Positions 27,567 to 37,533 of a stretch of DNA of 64,000 nt are shown here, piece after piece. Source of the DNA: a candidate division WOR-3 bacterium. Its GTDB lineage: Bacteria > Hydrothermota > Tepidihabitantia > Tepidihabitantales > Tepidihabitantaceae. The stretch lies in contig CBFGJX010000006.1 in the NCBI GenBank assembly GCA_965649225.1, forward strand, positions 44,129 to 108,128. Reading direction: 5' to 3'. How positions within the stretch are numbered: the first letter of the stretch is position 1; every line of letters begins with the position of its first letter. The notes under the pieces were generated by a model. It ran no database searches and was not told where the DNA came from. It worked only from the letters and a program-made list of their open reading frames with translations. Made by a program: the position numbers and the translations under genes.

Positions 27567-28262
27567 ATGAGGAAGTCAGACTTCTGGACATTCGTCAAGA
27601 ACACGGTTCTTTTTGCCTATTCGCGGTTTCTGCGAATCCGGGTCATCTGTCTTGGGCCGGTGCATCCTCCCCTCTCTCGGCCGTTTGTGGTGGTCGCAAA
27701 CCACGTCACCGGCGCCGATTCGCTGGTGATTCAGATTGCCCTGCGCACCCGCCTGTTCTTTCTCAGTTCGAGCCGCTGGTTTGTCAGTGCTGTCGGTGGC
27801 TTTGTGATGCGTCGGGCATGCGACTGTCTGGCGGTAGACCCGCAGACACCGGTGGCAAACATTCCGGGCATCCGCCAGGCTCTTCGTTTGCTCGTCGCCG
27901 GCACCAGTATCGGCGTTTATCCCTCGGGGCGACTTGAACCGCACGGCTGGAGTGGCACCGTACACAATGGCGCTGCCTGGCTTGCGCTCCACAGCGGAAC
28001 TGAAATCCTGCCGGTGGTGATTCACAATCTTCGCCGCGGGCCGCTGCCCTACTCACTGCCCTGGCTGAACGAAGCCTGGGAAGGTTTGTTTTCGTTCTTT
28101 GCGAATCTCTTCAACGGACGGATTGCAGTCCTGGTGGGCAGCCCGATACGACCGGATGCGCCGGCCGCAGCGCCCGCCGACCGGCAGCGACAGCTGAGCC
28201 GGCTGAACGACTGTATCCGCCAGGAGTTTGCGCGTCTCTTCGAGCTCGCCTGTCGGCTTTGA
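27567..28262 (+). CDS. lysophospholipid acyltransferase (PlsC family)
   Basis: NHVTGAD (NHx4D), YPSGR and GAAWLA...ILPV motifs. Confidence 0.85.
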   Translation: MRKSDFWTFVKNTVLFAYSRFLRIRVICLGPVHPPLSRPFVVVANHVTGADSLVIQIALRTRLFFLSSSRWFVSAVGGFVMRRACDCLAVDPQTPVANIPGIRQALRLLVAGTSIGVYPSGRLEPHGWSGTVHNGAAWLALHSGTEILPVVIHNLRRGPLPYSLPWLNEAWEGLFSFFANLFNGRIAVLVGSPIRPDAPAAAPADRQRQLSRLNDCIRQEFARLFELACRL

Positions 28263-28296
28263 CCGATAACGCTTTCCGACTATCATTGCTGGCCTG

Positions 28297-29682
28297 ATGA
28301 TACTCTACAACACGCTCAGCCGTCGCAAAGAAGAGTTCAAGCCGGTTCAGACCGGCAAAGTCGGCATCTACACCTGTGGCCCGACCGTTTACTACTATGC
28401 TCACTTGGGCAACTTCCGCGCCTACATCTTCGCCGACACCCTGCGCCGGGCCTTCGAGTACCTCGGCTGGGATGTCCGGCACGTGATGAATATCACCGAC
28501 GTCGGCCACCTCACCTCGGATGAAGATACCGGCGAGGACAAGCTAGAGAAAGGCGCCCGGCGCGAAGGTCGCACACCCGAGGAAATCGCCCGGTTCTATG
28601 AAAACGCCTTCTTCGTTGACGCCGAGCGGCTGAATATTCTCCGGCCGCATATCGTCTGCCGCGCCACCGAACACATTCCCGAGATGATTGAGCTCGTGCG
28701 TCGGATTGAGGCAAACGGCTTCGCCTACCGCACTTCGGTTGGGCTCATCTTCGACACCGGGCGCTTTCCTGGCTATGCCGACCTCAGCCGGCTGAACCTC
28801 AAGGAGCAGCGCGCCGGCGCCCGGGTTGAAGTCGATCCCGAACGCCGCAATCCTTCCGATTTCGCCCTCTGGATAACCAATCAACCCAATCATCTGATGC
28901 AATGGGACTCACCCTGGGGCCGGGGATTTCCGGGCTGGCACATCGAATGTTCGGCGATGTCGATCAAGTATCTGGGTGAGAACTTCGATATCCATACCGG
29001 CGGTATCGACCACATCCCGGTTCATCACACCAACGAACGGGCTCAGAACTTCGCCGCCACCGGCCGCGAGACCGTCAACGTCTGGATGCACAATGCCTTC
29101 CTCACCCTCGGCGACCGGCGCATTGGCAAATCCGAAGGAAACCTGATAACGGTCACTCAGTTGTGCGACCGTGGTTTCGACCCGGCCGATTTCCGTTATC
29201 TCTGCCATACCGCTCTCTATCGCACTCCGCTCAATTTCACCGAAGAGTCAATCCAGGGCGCACGCAACTCTCGGCGTGGCCTGGTTGACTTCGGCCGCAG
29301 CGCCCGCGACTGGCCGGTCAAAGACCCGGCCTGGACCGAGCCCTTCGCGGCTGAATTCCGTTCCGCCATCGCCGACGACCTCAACATTCCTCAGGCCCTC
29401 GCCGCGGTCTGGTCGCTGGTCACTGAAGGCAACCGGCGTCAGGACGGCGCTGCCTGGCAGACTCTGCTCGACTTCGACCGTGTGCTCGGTCTCGGTCTGG
29501 ACCGGCTTGCCGCGCAGTCAAATGCCGTCCCGGCTGAAGTCGCCCAGCTCGTCGCCCAGCGGCAGACGGCACGCAAAGCCAAAGACTGGGCCGAGTCCGA
29601 CCGCCTGCGCGACCAAATCGCTCAACTGGGCTGGCTGGTTGAAGACACGCCCCAGGGGCCCCGTCTGAAACCGCGCCCCTGA
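28297..29682 (+). CDS. cysS: cysteine--tRNA ligase
   Basis: YTCGPTVY-x2-[35 protein letters not shown]-x-DH and DDLN motifs. Confidence 0.97.
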   Translation: MILYNTLSRRKEEFKPVQTGKVGIYTCGPTVYYYAHLGNFRAYIFADTLRRAFEYLGWDVRHVMNITDVGHLTSDEDTGEDKLEKGARREGRTPEEIARFYENAFFVDAERLNILRPHIVCRATEHIPEMIELVRRIEANGFAYRTSVGLIFDTGRFPGYADLSRLNLKEQRAGARVEVDPERRNPSDFALWITNQPNHLMQWDSPWGRGFPGWHIECSAMSIKYLGENFDIHTGGIDHIPVHHTNERAQNFAATGRETVNVWMHNAFLTLGDRRIGKSEGNLITVTQLCDRGFDPADFRYLCHTALYRTPLNFTEESIQGARNSRRGLVDFGRSARDWPVKDPAWTEPFAAEFRSAIADDLNIPQALAAVWSLVTEGNRRQDGAAWQTLLDFDRVLGLGLDRLAAQSNAVPAEVAQLVAQRQTARKAKDWAESDRLRDQIAQLGWLVEDTPQGPRLKPRP

Positions 29683-29683
29683 C

Positions 29684-29711
29684 TTGACTCCGACTCCGGC
29701 TTGCATATCAT
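29684..29711 (+). promoter_or_regulatory. promoter of tRNA-Ile / sppA
   Basis: TTGACT-N16-TATCAT. Confidence 0.6.
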
Positions 29712-29755
29712 CTGGCGTTGACGCCGGCCGGGCCGCAGGTTCGGCGGAAACAGAC

Positions 29756-29828
<73 letters not shown>

Positions 29829-29835
29829 TCATCCC

Positions 29836-30711
29836 ATGAAACGAACCTGGCTCGTTGTACTCATTGCGGTCCTTGCCGCTTTTGCCTCCAGTCTCCTCGG
29901 ATTGATAATCTTCGCCTCGGCACTGGGCCGGCCCGAAAGCGGCATCGGCCTGACCAAAGGTCTTGGTTACGTTGAGATAACCGGGACGATTACTGAATCA
30001 GAGGAAACTGTCCGGCAGCTGAAGGCGCTCGAACGCAATTCCAGCGTCAAGGGCATTCTACTGCGCATCAACAGCCCGGGCGGCATGGTAACCCCGTCCC
30101 ACGACATCTACACCGAAGTCAAACGCATCAGCGCGAGCGGCAAGCCTGTCATCGCCTCCTTCGGCAGTCTCGCCGCGTCGGGCGGCTACTACGTTGCCGC
30201 CGCCGCCGACCTGATTGTCGCCAGCCCGCAGACTCTCACCGGTTCCATCGGTGTCATCATGGAATTCCCGGTTGTCGAACGGGCAATGGATCGCCTCGGC
30301 CTCGGAGTAGAGGTGATAAAGTCGCGCGAACACAAGGACATCGGTTCACCGTTCCGCCGCATGAGCGAGCGGGATCGCAGCCTGCTGCAAAGTGTTGTAA
30401 CCGACGCCTTCGACCAGTTTCTCGATGTCGTCGCTTCGGGCAGAAACCTGCCCCGCGACAGCGTCGAAAAGTTCGCCGATGGCCGGATTCTCACCGGCCG
30501 TCAGGCTTTGGCTCTCGGCCTCGTTGACAGTCTGGGATCGCTGGAGGAATCAAAACTCATCGCTGCGCGTTTCTGCGGCATCGAAGGCGAACCGCGTCTG
30601 ATTCGTGCCCCACGCCGATTCGTCCGAATGTGGCGGCAACTGATGGAAGATGCCGGCGATGTCTTGTTTGGCCGTCTGCGCTTTCCGCGCCTGAGTTATT
30701 CCTGGCTGTAA
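29836..30711 (+). CDS. sppA: signal peptide peptidase SppA (36K type, S49)
   Basis: INSPGG, AASGGYY, TGSIGV, KDIGSP and ADGRI-x-TG motifs. Confidence 0.95.
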   Translation: MKRTWLVVLIAVLAAFASSLLGLIIFASALGRPESGIGLTKGLGYVEITGTITESEETVRQLKALERNSSVKGILLRINSPGGMVTPSHDIYTEVKRISASGKPVIASFGSLAASGGYYVAAAADLIVASPQTLTGSIGVIMEFPVVERAMDRLGLGVEVIKSREHKDIGSPFRRMSERDRSLLQSVVTDAFDQFLDVVASGRNLPRDSVEKFADGRILTGRQALALGLVDSLGSLEESKLIAARFCGIEGEPRLIRAPRRFVRMWRQLMEDAGDVLFGRLRFPRLSYSWL

Positions 30712-30723
30712 CCGGACGGGTCG

Positions 30724-31116
30724 CTACAGTGTCGGCACGCGATTGCCGGTTCGCAGTGCCGTTTCAGTCTCACGCCGCAGTGATCGCATCAACTGCCGGG
30801 CTGCACGCAACTTTTCTTCCGCCGTTTTGACATCACCGGCACTGCGCACGTCGGCGAGCAGCTGACGGGCCTCTGCCAGTTGGCGGTCGATCTGCCCCAG
30901 TTGCGCCTCGGCTTCGCCGGATTTGGCGTTCTTTCTTGCCTCAGCGACCCGTCGGCCTGTCCTTTCGACTGCCGGCTCCAGCCGGGCAGCTTCTGTCTGC
31001 AGCCGCTCCAGTGTCAGCTTGGGTGTCCGTGTCCGATTCGGCGTTGCAAAAATGAAAACCAGCCCGGCAATCACTGCCAGGCCGACAATTGTCCAGACGA
31101 TCACGCGGCTCTTCAT
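30724..31116 (-). CDS. membrane-anchored coiled-coil hypothetical protein
   Basis: TTGACC-N17-TATAAT promoter and AGGAGG SD before ATG 31116; N-terminal TM helix, then Ala/Glu/Arg-rich helices. Confidence 0.7.
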   Translation of the reverse strand: MKSRVIVWTIVGLAVIAGLVFIFATPNRTRTPKLTLERLQTEAARLEPAVERTGRRVAEARKNAKSGEAEAQLGQIDRQLAEARQLLADVRSAGDVKTAEEKLRAARQLMRSLRRETETALRTGNRVPTL

Positions 31117-31212
31117 TTTACCTCCTGGCACGATATTATAACTCACCGGCATCACAGGGTCAAGCTGACCACCGCTTGACTAACCAGCGCCCCTGTCTAA
31201 GCTGACAGTCCG

Positions 31213-33123
31213 ATGGAAGAACTCGTCCGGCAATACCGTGAGAAACTGCGTCAGAAAGACTACGAAGGGCTCGAAGATACCTGGCTCGAGCTGATTCAGA
31301 GCGGCATCGAACTCGACCGGCTGCTGGTCGAGGCCGAACTGGCCGAAAAACACGCTCCACGCCACAACGCCGCCATCCTGCTGTCAGTGCTGGCCGACCA
31401 TTTGAAGGAACAGGGGCGCCATGACGCCGCGCTGCAGGTCCTGCGCCGCGCCGCCGATCTCAATCCTGACTCGGCCGAACTCGCCCACGAAATCGCCGGC
31501 TGTATCCGAAAGACCCATGCGACGGTTGCTGATCTTGAAGCAATCCTGCACAAGTCCGGTCTTGGCTACGGCCAGTCGCTGAAGGAAGTATTGCCTCGTC
31601 TTGACCGCTACCTCGCACTGACACCGGGCAGTTGTGTCTACGATGCCGACCGCGGGCCGGGCCGGGTAAAGAAACTGGACCTGCTCCTTGACCGCGTAAC
31701 CATCGATTTCGACATCGGCGCCGAACTGTCGTGGGATGTTGCGGTCGCCGCCCGGCAGCTGCGTCCCTGTGCCGCCGGCGGCTACTTTGATACCCTCCGT
31801 TCCGACCGTACCCGCCTGCGTCGGCTGGCAGCTGAAGCACCGGGGACACTTGTCCGGTTACTGTTGCGGGATACCGGTCGCGCCATGACCGTCACCGACA
31901 TCGCTGCCGGACTCGCCGAGGTCGTGCCGGCTGCCGAATGGGAAGGCTTCTGGAACCGGGCACGGCGCGAACTGGCCCAGGACCCTCATATCATCTCCCG
32001 CACTGTTCCCGCCCGCACCTATGCCTACAGCGAAACCCCGACAACTGTCAGCAAGACCACCACCCGGCCCCAGGCCTCCCGATTCCGGCTCGAACCGGAC
32101 GAGATCAAATCGATGCCTGAGGAAAAACTGCTTGCCGCCTGGCGCGGGCTCAAAACCGCAGTTGACCGCAAGGGGTTTCTTGAAACTGTCGCCAGTGCCA
32201 GACCCGATGACTGGGACCGTATCTACAGCGCAATTTTCCGCAGTGGCACCGATGCCCGCAGTGCCGCAATCATTGAAAAGGCACTGTCGGCATCCCGTCC
32301 CGAAGCCTGGCAGTCGCTGCTGGAAGGCATCCTCACTGCCTACCGCCAGTATCCGGAAGCATTTCTCTGGCTGGTTGAAAATGCCGGTCGCATCGGTATC
32401 GCCGGTCCCAAGGGTCTGCTTGTCCGGCTACTCGACCTTCTGGAATTCTCGGCGCGCAAGAGCGGCTGGACGCGCCTGCGCAACGCAATCACCGCCGATG
32501 ACTACGCGATTGTCCGGGGCGCATTGGAGACAATGGAACGGGATGAGGCCGAACGACTGCTCACCCGCACCCGTTCAATCGCCGCGCTCGAAGGCTACCG
32601 CGCCGACGAAATCGGGGCTCTGGTACTGGCCCGCTTCCCCGAACTGGAACAGTCTCAGGCCGACAATTTCATCTATTCCACTGCCGCTGGCATCGAACGT
32701 GCCCGCGGCGAACTCCGGCATCTGACCGACGTTGAACTGCCGCAGTCAGCCGAGGAAATCGCCCGCGCCCGGGCCCACGGCGACCTGAGCGAGAACTACG
32801 AATACAAGGCGGCCAAAGAAAAACAGGCGCGTCTCCTCGCCCGGATCAACCGTCTGCGTGACGAACTGGCGCTGGCTCGTCCAATCCGTCCCGACGACAT
32901 CGACACGACTGAAGTCTCGATCGGCAGCCGGGTAGTGCTGCGGCTGCCTTCCGGCGAAACGACCAGCTACTCGATTCTCGGCCCATGGGACACTGACGCC
33001 GAACACGGCGTGATATCTTATCTTTCCCCCTTTGCCCGTCTGCTGATGGGCAAAAAACCGGGCGAAGCCGTCGAGCTCGACGGCCGCCCCTGCACAATCG
33101 AAGACATCAGCCCGGCACTCTAA
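31213..33123 (+). CDS. greA: long-form GreA-family transcription elongation factor with ~480-aa helical N-terminal extension
   Basis: C-terminal ARAHGDLSENYEY-x-AAK and ILGPWD...ISYLSP motifs. Confidence 0.88.
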   Translation: MEELVRQYREKLRQKDYEGLEDTWLELIQSGIELDRLLVEAELAEKHAPRHNAAILLSVLADHLKEQGRHDAALQVLRRAADLNPDSAELAHEIAGCIRKTHATVADLEAILHKSGLGYGQSLKEVLPRLDRYLALTPGSCVYDADRGPGRVKKLDLLLDRVTIDFDIGAELSWDVAVAARQLRPCAAGGYFDTLRSDRTRLRRLAAEAPGTLVRLLLRDTGRAMTVTDIAAGLAEVVPAAEWEGFWNRARRELAQDPHIISRTVPARTYAYSETPTTVSKTTTRPQASRFRLEPDEIKSMPEEKLLAAWRGLKTAVDRKGFLETVASARPDDWDRIYSAIFRSGTDARSAAIIEKALSASRPEAWQSLLEGILTAYRQYPEAFLWLVENAGRIGIAGPKGLLVRLLDLLEFSARKSGWTRLRNAITADDYAIVRGALETMERDEAERLLTRTRSIAALEGYRADEIGALVLARFPELEQSQADNFIYSTAAGIERARGELRHLTDVELPQSAEEIARARAHGDLSENYEYKAAKEKQARLLARINRLRDELALARPIRPDDIDTTEVSIGSRVVLRLPSGETTSYSILGPWDTDAEHGVISYLSPFARLLMGKKPGEAVELDGRPCTIEDISPAL

Positions 33124-33770
33124 TGGCCCGAATCTTTGAATTCCCGCGCGGAACGATCATCCCGGAGCTGATTGAATCTGCCGCCGAGCTGCTCGCCGCC
33201 CGCGCAGTCGGAGTCTTCCCGACCGAAACCGTCTACGGCATTGGCGCGGCGATTGACCGGCCGGAAGCGGTCGCACGCGTTTACAGTCTCAAACGTCGCA
33301 GTGTCTCGCAGCCCTTGATGGCCCACTGTTCCAGCCCGACCCAGTTGAATGCTGTTGTCAGTGAAATTCCTGATTTTGCCCGCCGGCTGATGCAGTGCTT
33401 CTGGCCCGGCCCGCTGGCCCTGATTCTGCGCCGCTCCCCCGACGTGGCAGACATTGTCACCGGCGGTACTCCGACCATTGGCGTAAGGATGGTTGCCCAT
33501 CCGGTTACCCAGAATCTCATCGCCCGCCTCGGCCGGCCGCTTGCTGGTACCAGCGCCAACTACCATTCCGAACCGGACACCGCCAGTTTTGCCCGGATTG
33601 ACCCCGGCCTGATTCAGTCAGTTGACCTGGCCCTCGATGCCGGTGTCTGTGGCTCCGGCCGCGCCTCGACCGTGCTCGACTGCACCGGTGAAGAACCGCG
33701 ACTGGTCCGCCCCGGCGCGGTGCCGGTCAGCGAGCTCGAATCCGTCATCGGCCACGCTCTGGCGCGCTAG
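33123..33770 (+). CDS. L-threonylcarbamoyladenylate synthase (Sua5/TsaC)
   Basis: FPTETVYG, LKRR, FWPGPL, GVRM, TSAN and STVLD motifs. Confidence 0.93.
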   Translation: MARIFEFPRGTIIPELIESAAELLAARAVGVFPTETVYGIGAAIDRPEAVARVYSLKRRSVSQPLMAHCSSPTQLNAVVSEIPDFARRLMQCFWPGPLALILRRSPDVADIVTGGTPTIGVRMVAHPVTQNLIARLGRPLAGTSANYHSEPDTASFARIDPGLIQSVDLALDAGVCGSGRASTVLDCTGEEPRLVRPGAVPVSELESVIGHALAR

Positions 33771-33791
33771 CGTCAATCCACCCGAACAAAC

Positions 33792-33821
33792 CGAGCCGGC
33801 CCGCAGGCCGGCTCGAAGTTT
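33792..33821. terminator. hairpin terminator between convergent genes
   Basis: CGAGCCGGCC-cgca-GGCCGGCTCG 10-bp stem with T-rich flanks. Confidence 0.7.
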
Positions 33822-33852
33822 TGTGAATCTGTCTCTGGCTTCTAACCGCTTT

Positions 33853-35424
33853 CTAGTATCTGTACCGCAGTTTCAGGTCGAAGTCGACTCCCTGTCCGTT
33901 CTCCCCCGGCGTGCCGCTGTAATTCTCGGCCCGCCACAGAACAACTGCTGCCTTGATGAACAGATCCCTGCCGACCTGTACCTCGGCACCGGGCGCGATG
34001 CGCAGTGTTTTCTCGACGTCTTCGACGATATTACCAAGGCTGTCCAGCGCCACGGCCGGGAACGAACGTGGCAACGTGTCGCCGTAGTCATGGGTCCGGT
34101 TGCGGAAATCACCACGATTGAGCGCGCCGCGCCGGGTGTAGTCGGCCGCGAGCTCGGCGCGCAGCCAGTCCAGCGGCGTCCAGGTCGCCACGCCCAGCAC
34201 CCGATCTGCATCCGGTCCGAGCGGGTGACCAAGCGGGGTCAGGTAGTTCTCGTACATCGTCGAGTGAACACGATGGTAGTAGGTGAAGGCGGTGACGCGG
34301 ACGTACTCGACGCGCAGGTCCGCGCTCAGGCGCGGCGCAACATACAGCCCGGTCTGCAGTCCGACCGCGTTGGGCGCGCCCCGCCGGTCGTTGAACTCGT
34401 AGTTGTCGATGAAAAGCTGGCCGTAGGCCTTGACCGGCGGCAGGTAGCCCACCGCATCGAAACCCACGAGCAGGTTCTCGTCATGCCCGGAATTGGCCAC
34501 GCTAAAGTAAATCGGAATCAGCGGATTGACCAGCCCACCGAGCTGAGCGGGCTGGAACGAATCCCACGAACAGACGCTCATCATCGCGCCGCCGAGCGTG
34601 ATGCGCCTCAACAAGGATACCTCGAGCCGCTGCGCGGACAAAAACCGCGGCCGCATGCCCCAGCGGGACAGCAACGCGGTGAAGCCGGTGAACCGGAAAT
34701 TGCGGTAGGCGGCAGAGAACTGGACGTGGTCCAGTGCCGGCGCCGCGTCCGACAGCGTCACCGAACTTGAGTATCCCGGCCCCCAGACAAATTCGTCGCG
34801 CCCGACCTCCAGCCGCAGCCAGGGCAGCCGGAACGCCAGGTAGGCGAGCTCGTTCTCCACCGTGAGCCGGCCCTGCCACGGCAGCACCCGCTTGCCCGGG
34901 ATGTGCCAGCCGGCTGAGTCGCGCGGGACGCTGTCGCGTTCCAGGTTCGGGTTGAACACCGTGACCTCGAGCCGGTTGTAGAACGCGAAGTCATCGCCCG
35001 GCCGGTTGTTCATCACAATACCGAATCCTGCCGCCTGGCTGTCGACACAGGCCCGGGCCCGGGCGAAGCCGTCCAGCCGCGCGCGCGAGCCCGGCACGTC
35101 CGGTACCGGGATGCTGGCTAAGGGCCGGCGCCGGTTGGCCCACGGCTCGATCAGCTCGTCGGCCAGCTCACGCTCGAGCCGGCGCAGCGCCGCGCGCTCG
35201 GCCGTGCTCAGGCGCGCGAAGGGCACGAGTGACTCGACCTCGCTCACCCACTGCGCGGCCTGAGCCCGGGTCCACGGCCGGCTCGTGTAGGGCATCGAGC
35301 GTATGAGCCCGGCGGTCTTGAGCAGGTCGATGTCGTCGTAGACCCGCGAGTCGGTCGGGATGTGCTCGATGCTTGCGGCGGTGGCAATCGCCACCGCCGC
35401 AAGGAACAGCGCCAGGCCCCGCAT
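33853..35424 (-). CDS. Wzi-like (capsule assembly family) outer-membrane beta-barrel protein
   Basis: Signal peptide MRGLALFLAAV..., RPWTR, GRD-x-VWGPG-x6-LSD-x-AP, GHPLGPDAD, C-terminal LRYRY. Confidence 0.78.
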   Translation of the reverse strand: MRGLALFLAAVAIATAASIEHIPTDSRVYDDIDLLKTAGLIRSMPYTSRPWTRAQAAQWVSEVESLVPFARLSTAERAALRRLERELADELIEPWANRRRPLASIPVPDVPGSRARLDGFARARACVDSQAAGFGIVMNNRPGDDFAFYNRLEVTVFNPNLERDSVPRDSAGWHIPGKRVLPWQGRLTVENELAYLAFRLPWLRLEVGRDEFVWGPGYSSSVTLSDAAPALDHVQFSAAYRNFRFTGFTALLSRWGMRPRFLSAQRLEVSLLRRITLGGAMMSVCSWDSFQPAQLGGLVNPLIPIYFSVANSGHDENLLVGFDAVGYLPPVKAYGQLFIDNYEFNDRRGAPNAVGLQTGLYVAPRLSADLRVEYVRVTAFTYYHRVHSTMYENYLTPLGHPLGPDADRVLGVATWTPLDWLRAELAADYTRRGALNRGDFRNRTHDYGDTLPRSFPAVALDSLGNIVEDVEKTLRIAPGAEVQVGRDLFIKAAVVLWRAENYSGTPGENGQGVDFDLKLRYRY

Positions 35425-35426
35425 CG

Positions 35427-36059
35427 CTACTTGATGATGCCGAGCCAGTCGCGGAGCAAAAACTGCAGCCGGCCGATGAGCAGCGACATCCGCGCCATCA
35501 CCGTGTAGCCGAATGACGCGCCGAACCCGACCATCAGGTAGACGATGCCGGTCTCGGACGCGATGCGCAGCGCGCCCTTGTGCTCGCGCGAGAAGAAGAA
35601 GTAAAGCACCGTGCAGACCACGCCGACGAGCGATATCACCGCAAACAACAGCAAGTCCCAGCGCGCCAGTACCGAAGGCACCAGCAGCGTACCCTGCATC
35701 TGGCGCATGATATTGGTCTGAAACAATGCCGGTATCGCCGCACCGGCGGCCCAGCCCAGCACGAATGCCATCGGAAACCGGATCAGCCACGAAACCTTCG
35801 GGATGAACCGGGTGAAGTAGAGCAGTCCGAGCACGAACGGAATGATGTAGAGCAGCCGGCCCTGCCCGAAGAGCGGCTGGATAAGGTCGGGCCGCACCGT
35901 ACTGTGCCAGGTGAGAGCGATCGTGTAACCGGCCGATACTCCGACAAACAGATGCTCGCAGAACTTGTAGAAAGGATTGTCCTTCCAGAGAAACGAGAAG
36001 ATTCCCAGCGTCAGAATTGCGGCCAGCCAGGTCAACACACTGGTCGAGATATGCATCAC
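35427..36059 (-). CDS. conserved multi-pass membrane protein (DUF6754-associated cluster)
   Basis: SFLWKDNPFYKFCEHLFVG, YFFFS and FGASFGYTVMARMSLL motifs; about 6 TM helices. Confidence 0.8.
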   Translation of the reverse strand: MMHISTSVLTWLAAILTLGIFSFLWKDNPFYKFCEHLFVGVSAGYTIALTWHSTVRPDLIQPLFGQGRLLYIIPFVLGLLYFTRFIPKVSWLIRFPMAFVLGWAAGAAIPALFQTNIMRQMQGTLLVPSVLARWDLLLFAVISLVGVVCTVLYFFFSREHKGALRIASETGIVYLMVGFGASFGYTVMARMSLLIGRLQFLLRDWLGIIK

Positions 36060-36898
36060 GCCCTCCTCTTTCTGGTCGCAAAAAAGGCGATGTTGCCGAC
36101 AATCACCAGCACCATGATTGCCACATGCGCCAGTGACTGCGAATCCATCGCCGCCACTGCCGGCATGTAGGCCTTGGAGTAGCCGGCTCGCTCCACCATC
36201 ACCTCGTACTCCGCTCCACCCTTCATCCCGGCCAAGAGGCCGGTCAGCTGACCGGTCTGCAGAAACGGATAGGCGTCGGCGGCCGATACCGCAGTGACGC
36301 CGGCCCCGACCCGCAAACCGTAACGCGACTGGCCGTACAACAGCCAGTCATTGTAGCCCGGTACGCCGGCCGACAGGGCTACCGCCAGCGGAATATCGCG
36401 CAGCCGGGTAACCTCGTTCATCATTGGCAGCGAGTCCAGCGGGTGACCGTAGTGGTCGACCGGAAAAACCGCCTTGATGTTCTCGCCCATTCCCAGAATC
36501 ACCGCGTCGACACCCGCCTTCCAGCCCAGATAGACAACGTCCTCTCCGTACTTCTTGTTGTATTCGGGCGTGACGGTCTGAACCGCCATGTCGGCCAGCC
36601 CGGCGCCGGTCACCCACAGTCCGCACAACAGCACCTTCACGTCCTTCGCGAACGCGTGGCGCATCAGCGCGGTGAGCATCGGGTACAGCTCGGGCATCGA
36701 GCTCGGGTCGAAATCCACGGAAATCAGCAAGGTCTTGCCCGGCGGCAGCGCATCCACCGCGTCAAACAGCGCGCGCGCCCGCGGGCCGGAAGTCACGCCC
36801 AGCCCGAACGGCCGCACCAGCGGCAGTATCACCAGCAGCGCCATCACCGCGTAGATTATCTTGCGGTCAATCCGCAGCAGATACTGAAAGAGCTTCAT
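36056..36898 (-). CDS. conserved membrane-anchored alpha/beta protein (DUF6754-associated cluster)
   Basis: N- and C-terminal TM helices around a soluble domain; [10 protein letters not shown] and [13 protein letters not shown] motifs; GGAGG SD; ATGA overlap. Confidence 0.8.
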   Translation of the reverse strand: MKLFQYLLRIDRKIIYAVMALLVILPLVRPFGLGVTSGPRARALFDAVDALPPGKTLLISVDFDPSSMPELYPMLTALMRHAFAKDVKVLLCGLWVTGAGLADMAVQTVTPEYNKKYGEDVVYLGWKAGVDAVILGMGENIKAVFPVDHYGHPLDSLPMMNEVTRLRDIPLAVALSAGVPGYNDWLLYGQSRYGLRVGAGVTAVSAADAYPFLQTGQLTGLLAGMKGGAEYEVMVERAGYSKAYMPAVAAMDSQSLAHVAIMVLVIVGNIAFFATRKRRA

Positions 36899-37524
36899 TG
36901 TTTGCCTCCGCCGAGCCAGCCGCGCTCGATTCCGAGTATCACCTTCAGCGAAGTGGCGATACCGCCCAGCGCCACGCCGAACAGTATCGCCCGTTTGGCC
37001 GCCATGTTCGGCACCGACAGCACCCATTCGGCGATGCCCGGCAGTTTGTTCCACAGCGCCGCTCCGATCGGCACCATCCCCAGCATTACGACGAACGAGG
37101 CCACCAGCAGCAGCGCTGCCTCCTTGGTGCGGGCGCGGAAGGCGCGATACGCCGCCGAAGCCATGTAGAAGGCAAGGATGGCAAACATCGACGCGTTCAG
37201 CGGCACCAGGATGTTCTCAAAGATGATACTCTGCAGTATCGAACCCTGCTTGACGCCACCGAACAGGCCGATGATTGCGGTGGCAACCAGCGCCACCAGC
37301 GCGACGATTGAATACAGCCAGCCCGGTCGCCGGCGTTTGATCTTGTCCGAGTGATAGACAATCAGACTGCCGGTTCCCAGCACCAGCGCAAAAGCCCCGA
37401 CGATTCGAATCCACTTGGTGGTCGTTTCGAAATAGGCTACCGAGATCGGGTGCGGCACAAAGAACTGGACGATCATGCTGATGCCCATTACCAGACACAA
37501 TGCCAGCGGTATTGTCCGTCTCAT
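36895..37524 (-). CDS. conserved multi-pass membrane protein (DUF6754-associated cluster)
   Basis: PL-x2[21 protein letters not shown] and [10 protein letters not shown]...LGIER motifs; AGGAG SD. Confidence 0.8.
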   Translation of the reverse strand: MRRTIPLALCLVMGISMIVQFFVPHPISVAYFETTTKWIRIVGAFALVLGTGSLIVYHSDKIKRRRPGWLYSIVALVALVATAIIGLFGGVKQGSILQSIIFENILVPLNASMFAILAFYMASAAYRAFRARTKEAALLLVASFVVMLGMVPIGAALWNKLPGIAEWVLSVPNMAAKRAILFGVALGGIATSLKVILGIERGWLGGGKQ

Positions 37525-37533
37525 TTTCTTCTC

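Noticed and set aside
35425..36102. N-terminal 226-aa extension of the 749-aa ORF
   Set aside because: It overlaps the real membrane gene 35427..36059 in another frame; the signal peptide begins at ATG 35424.
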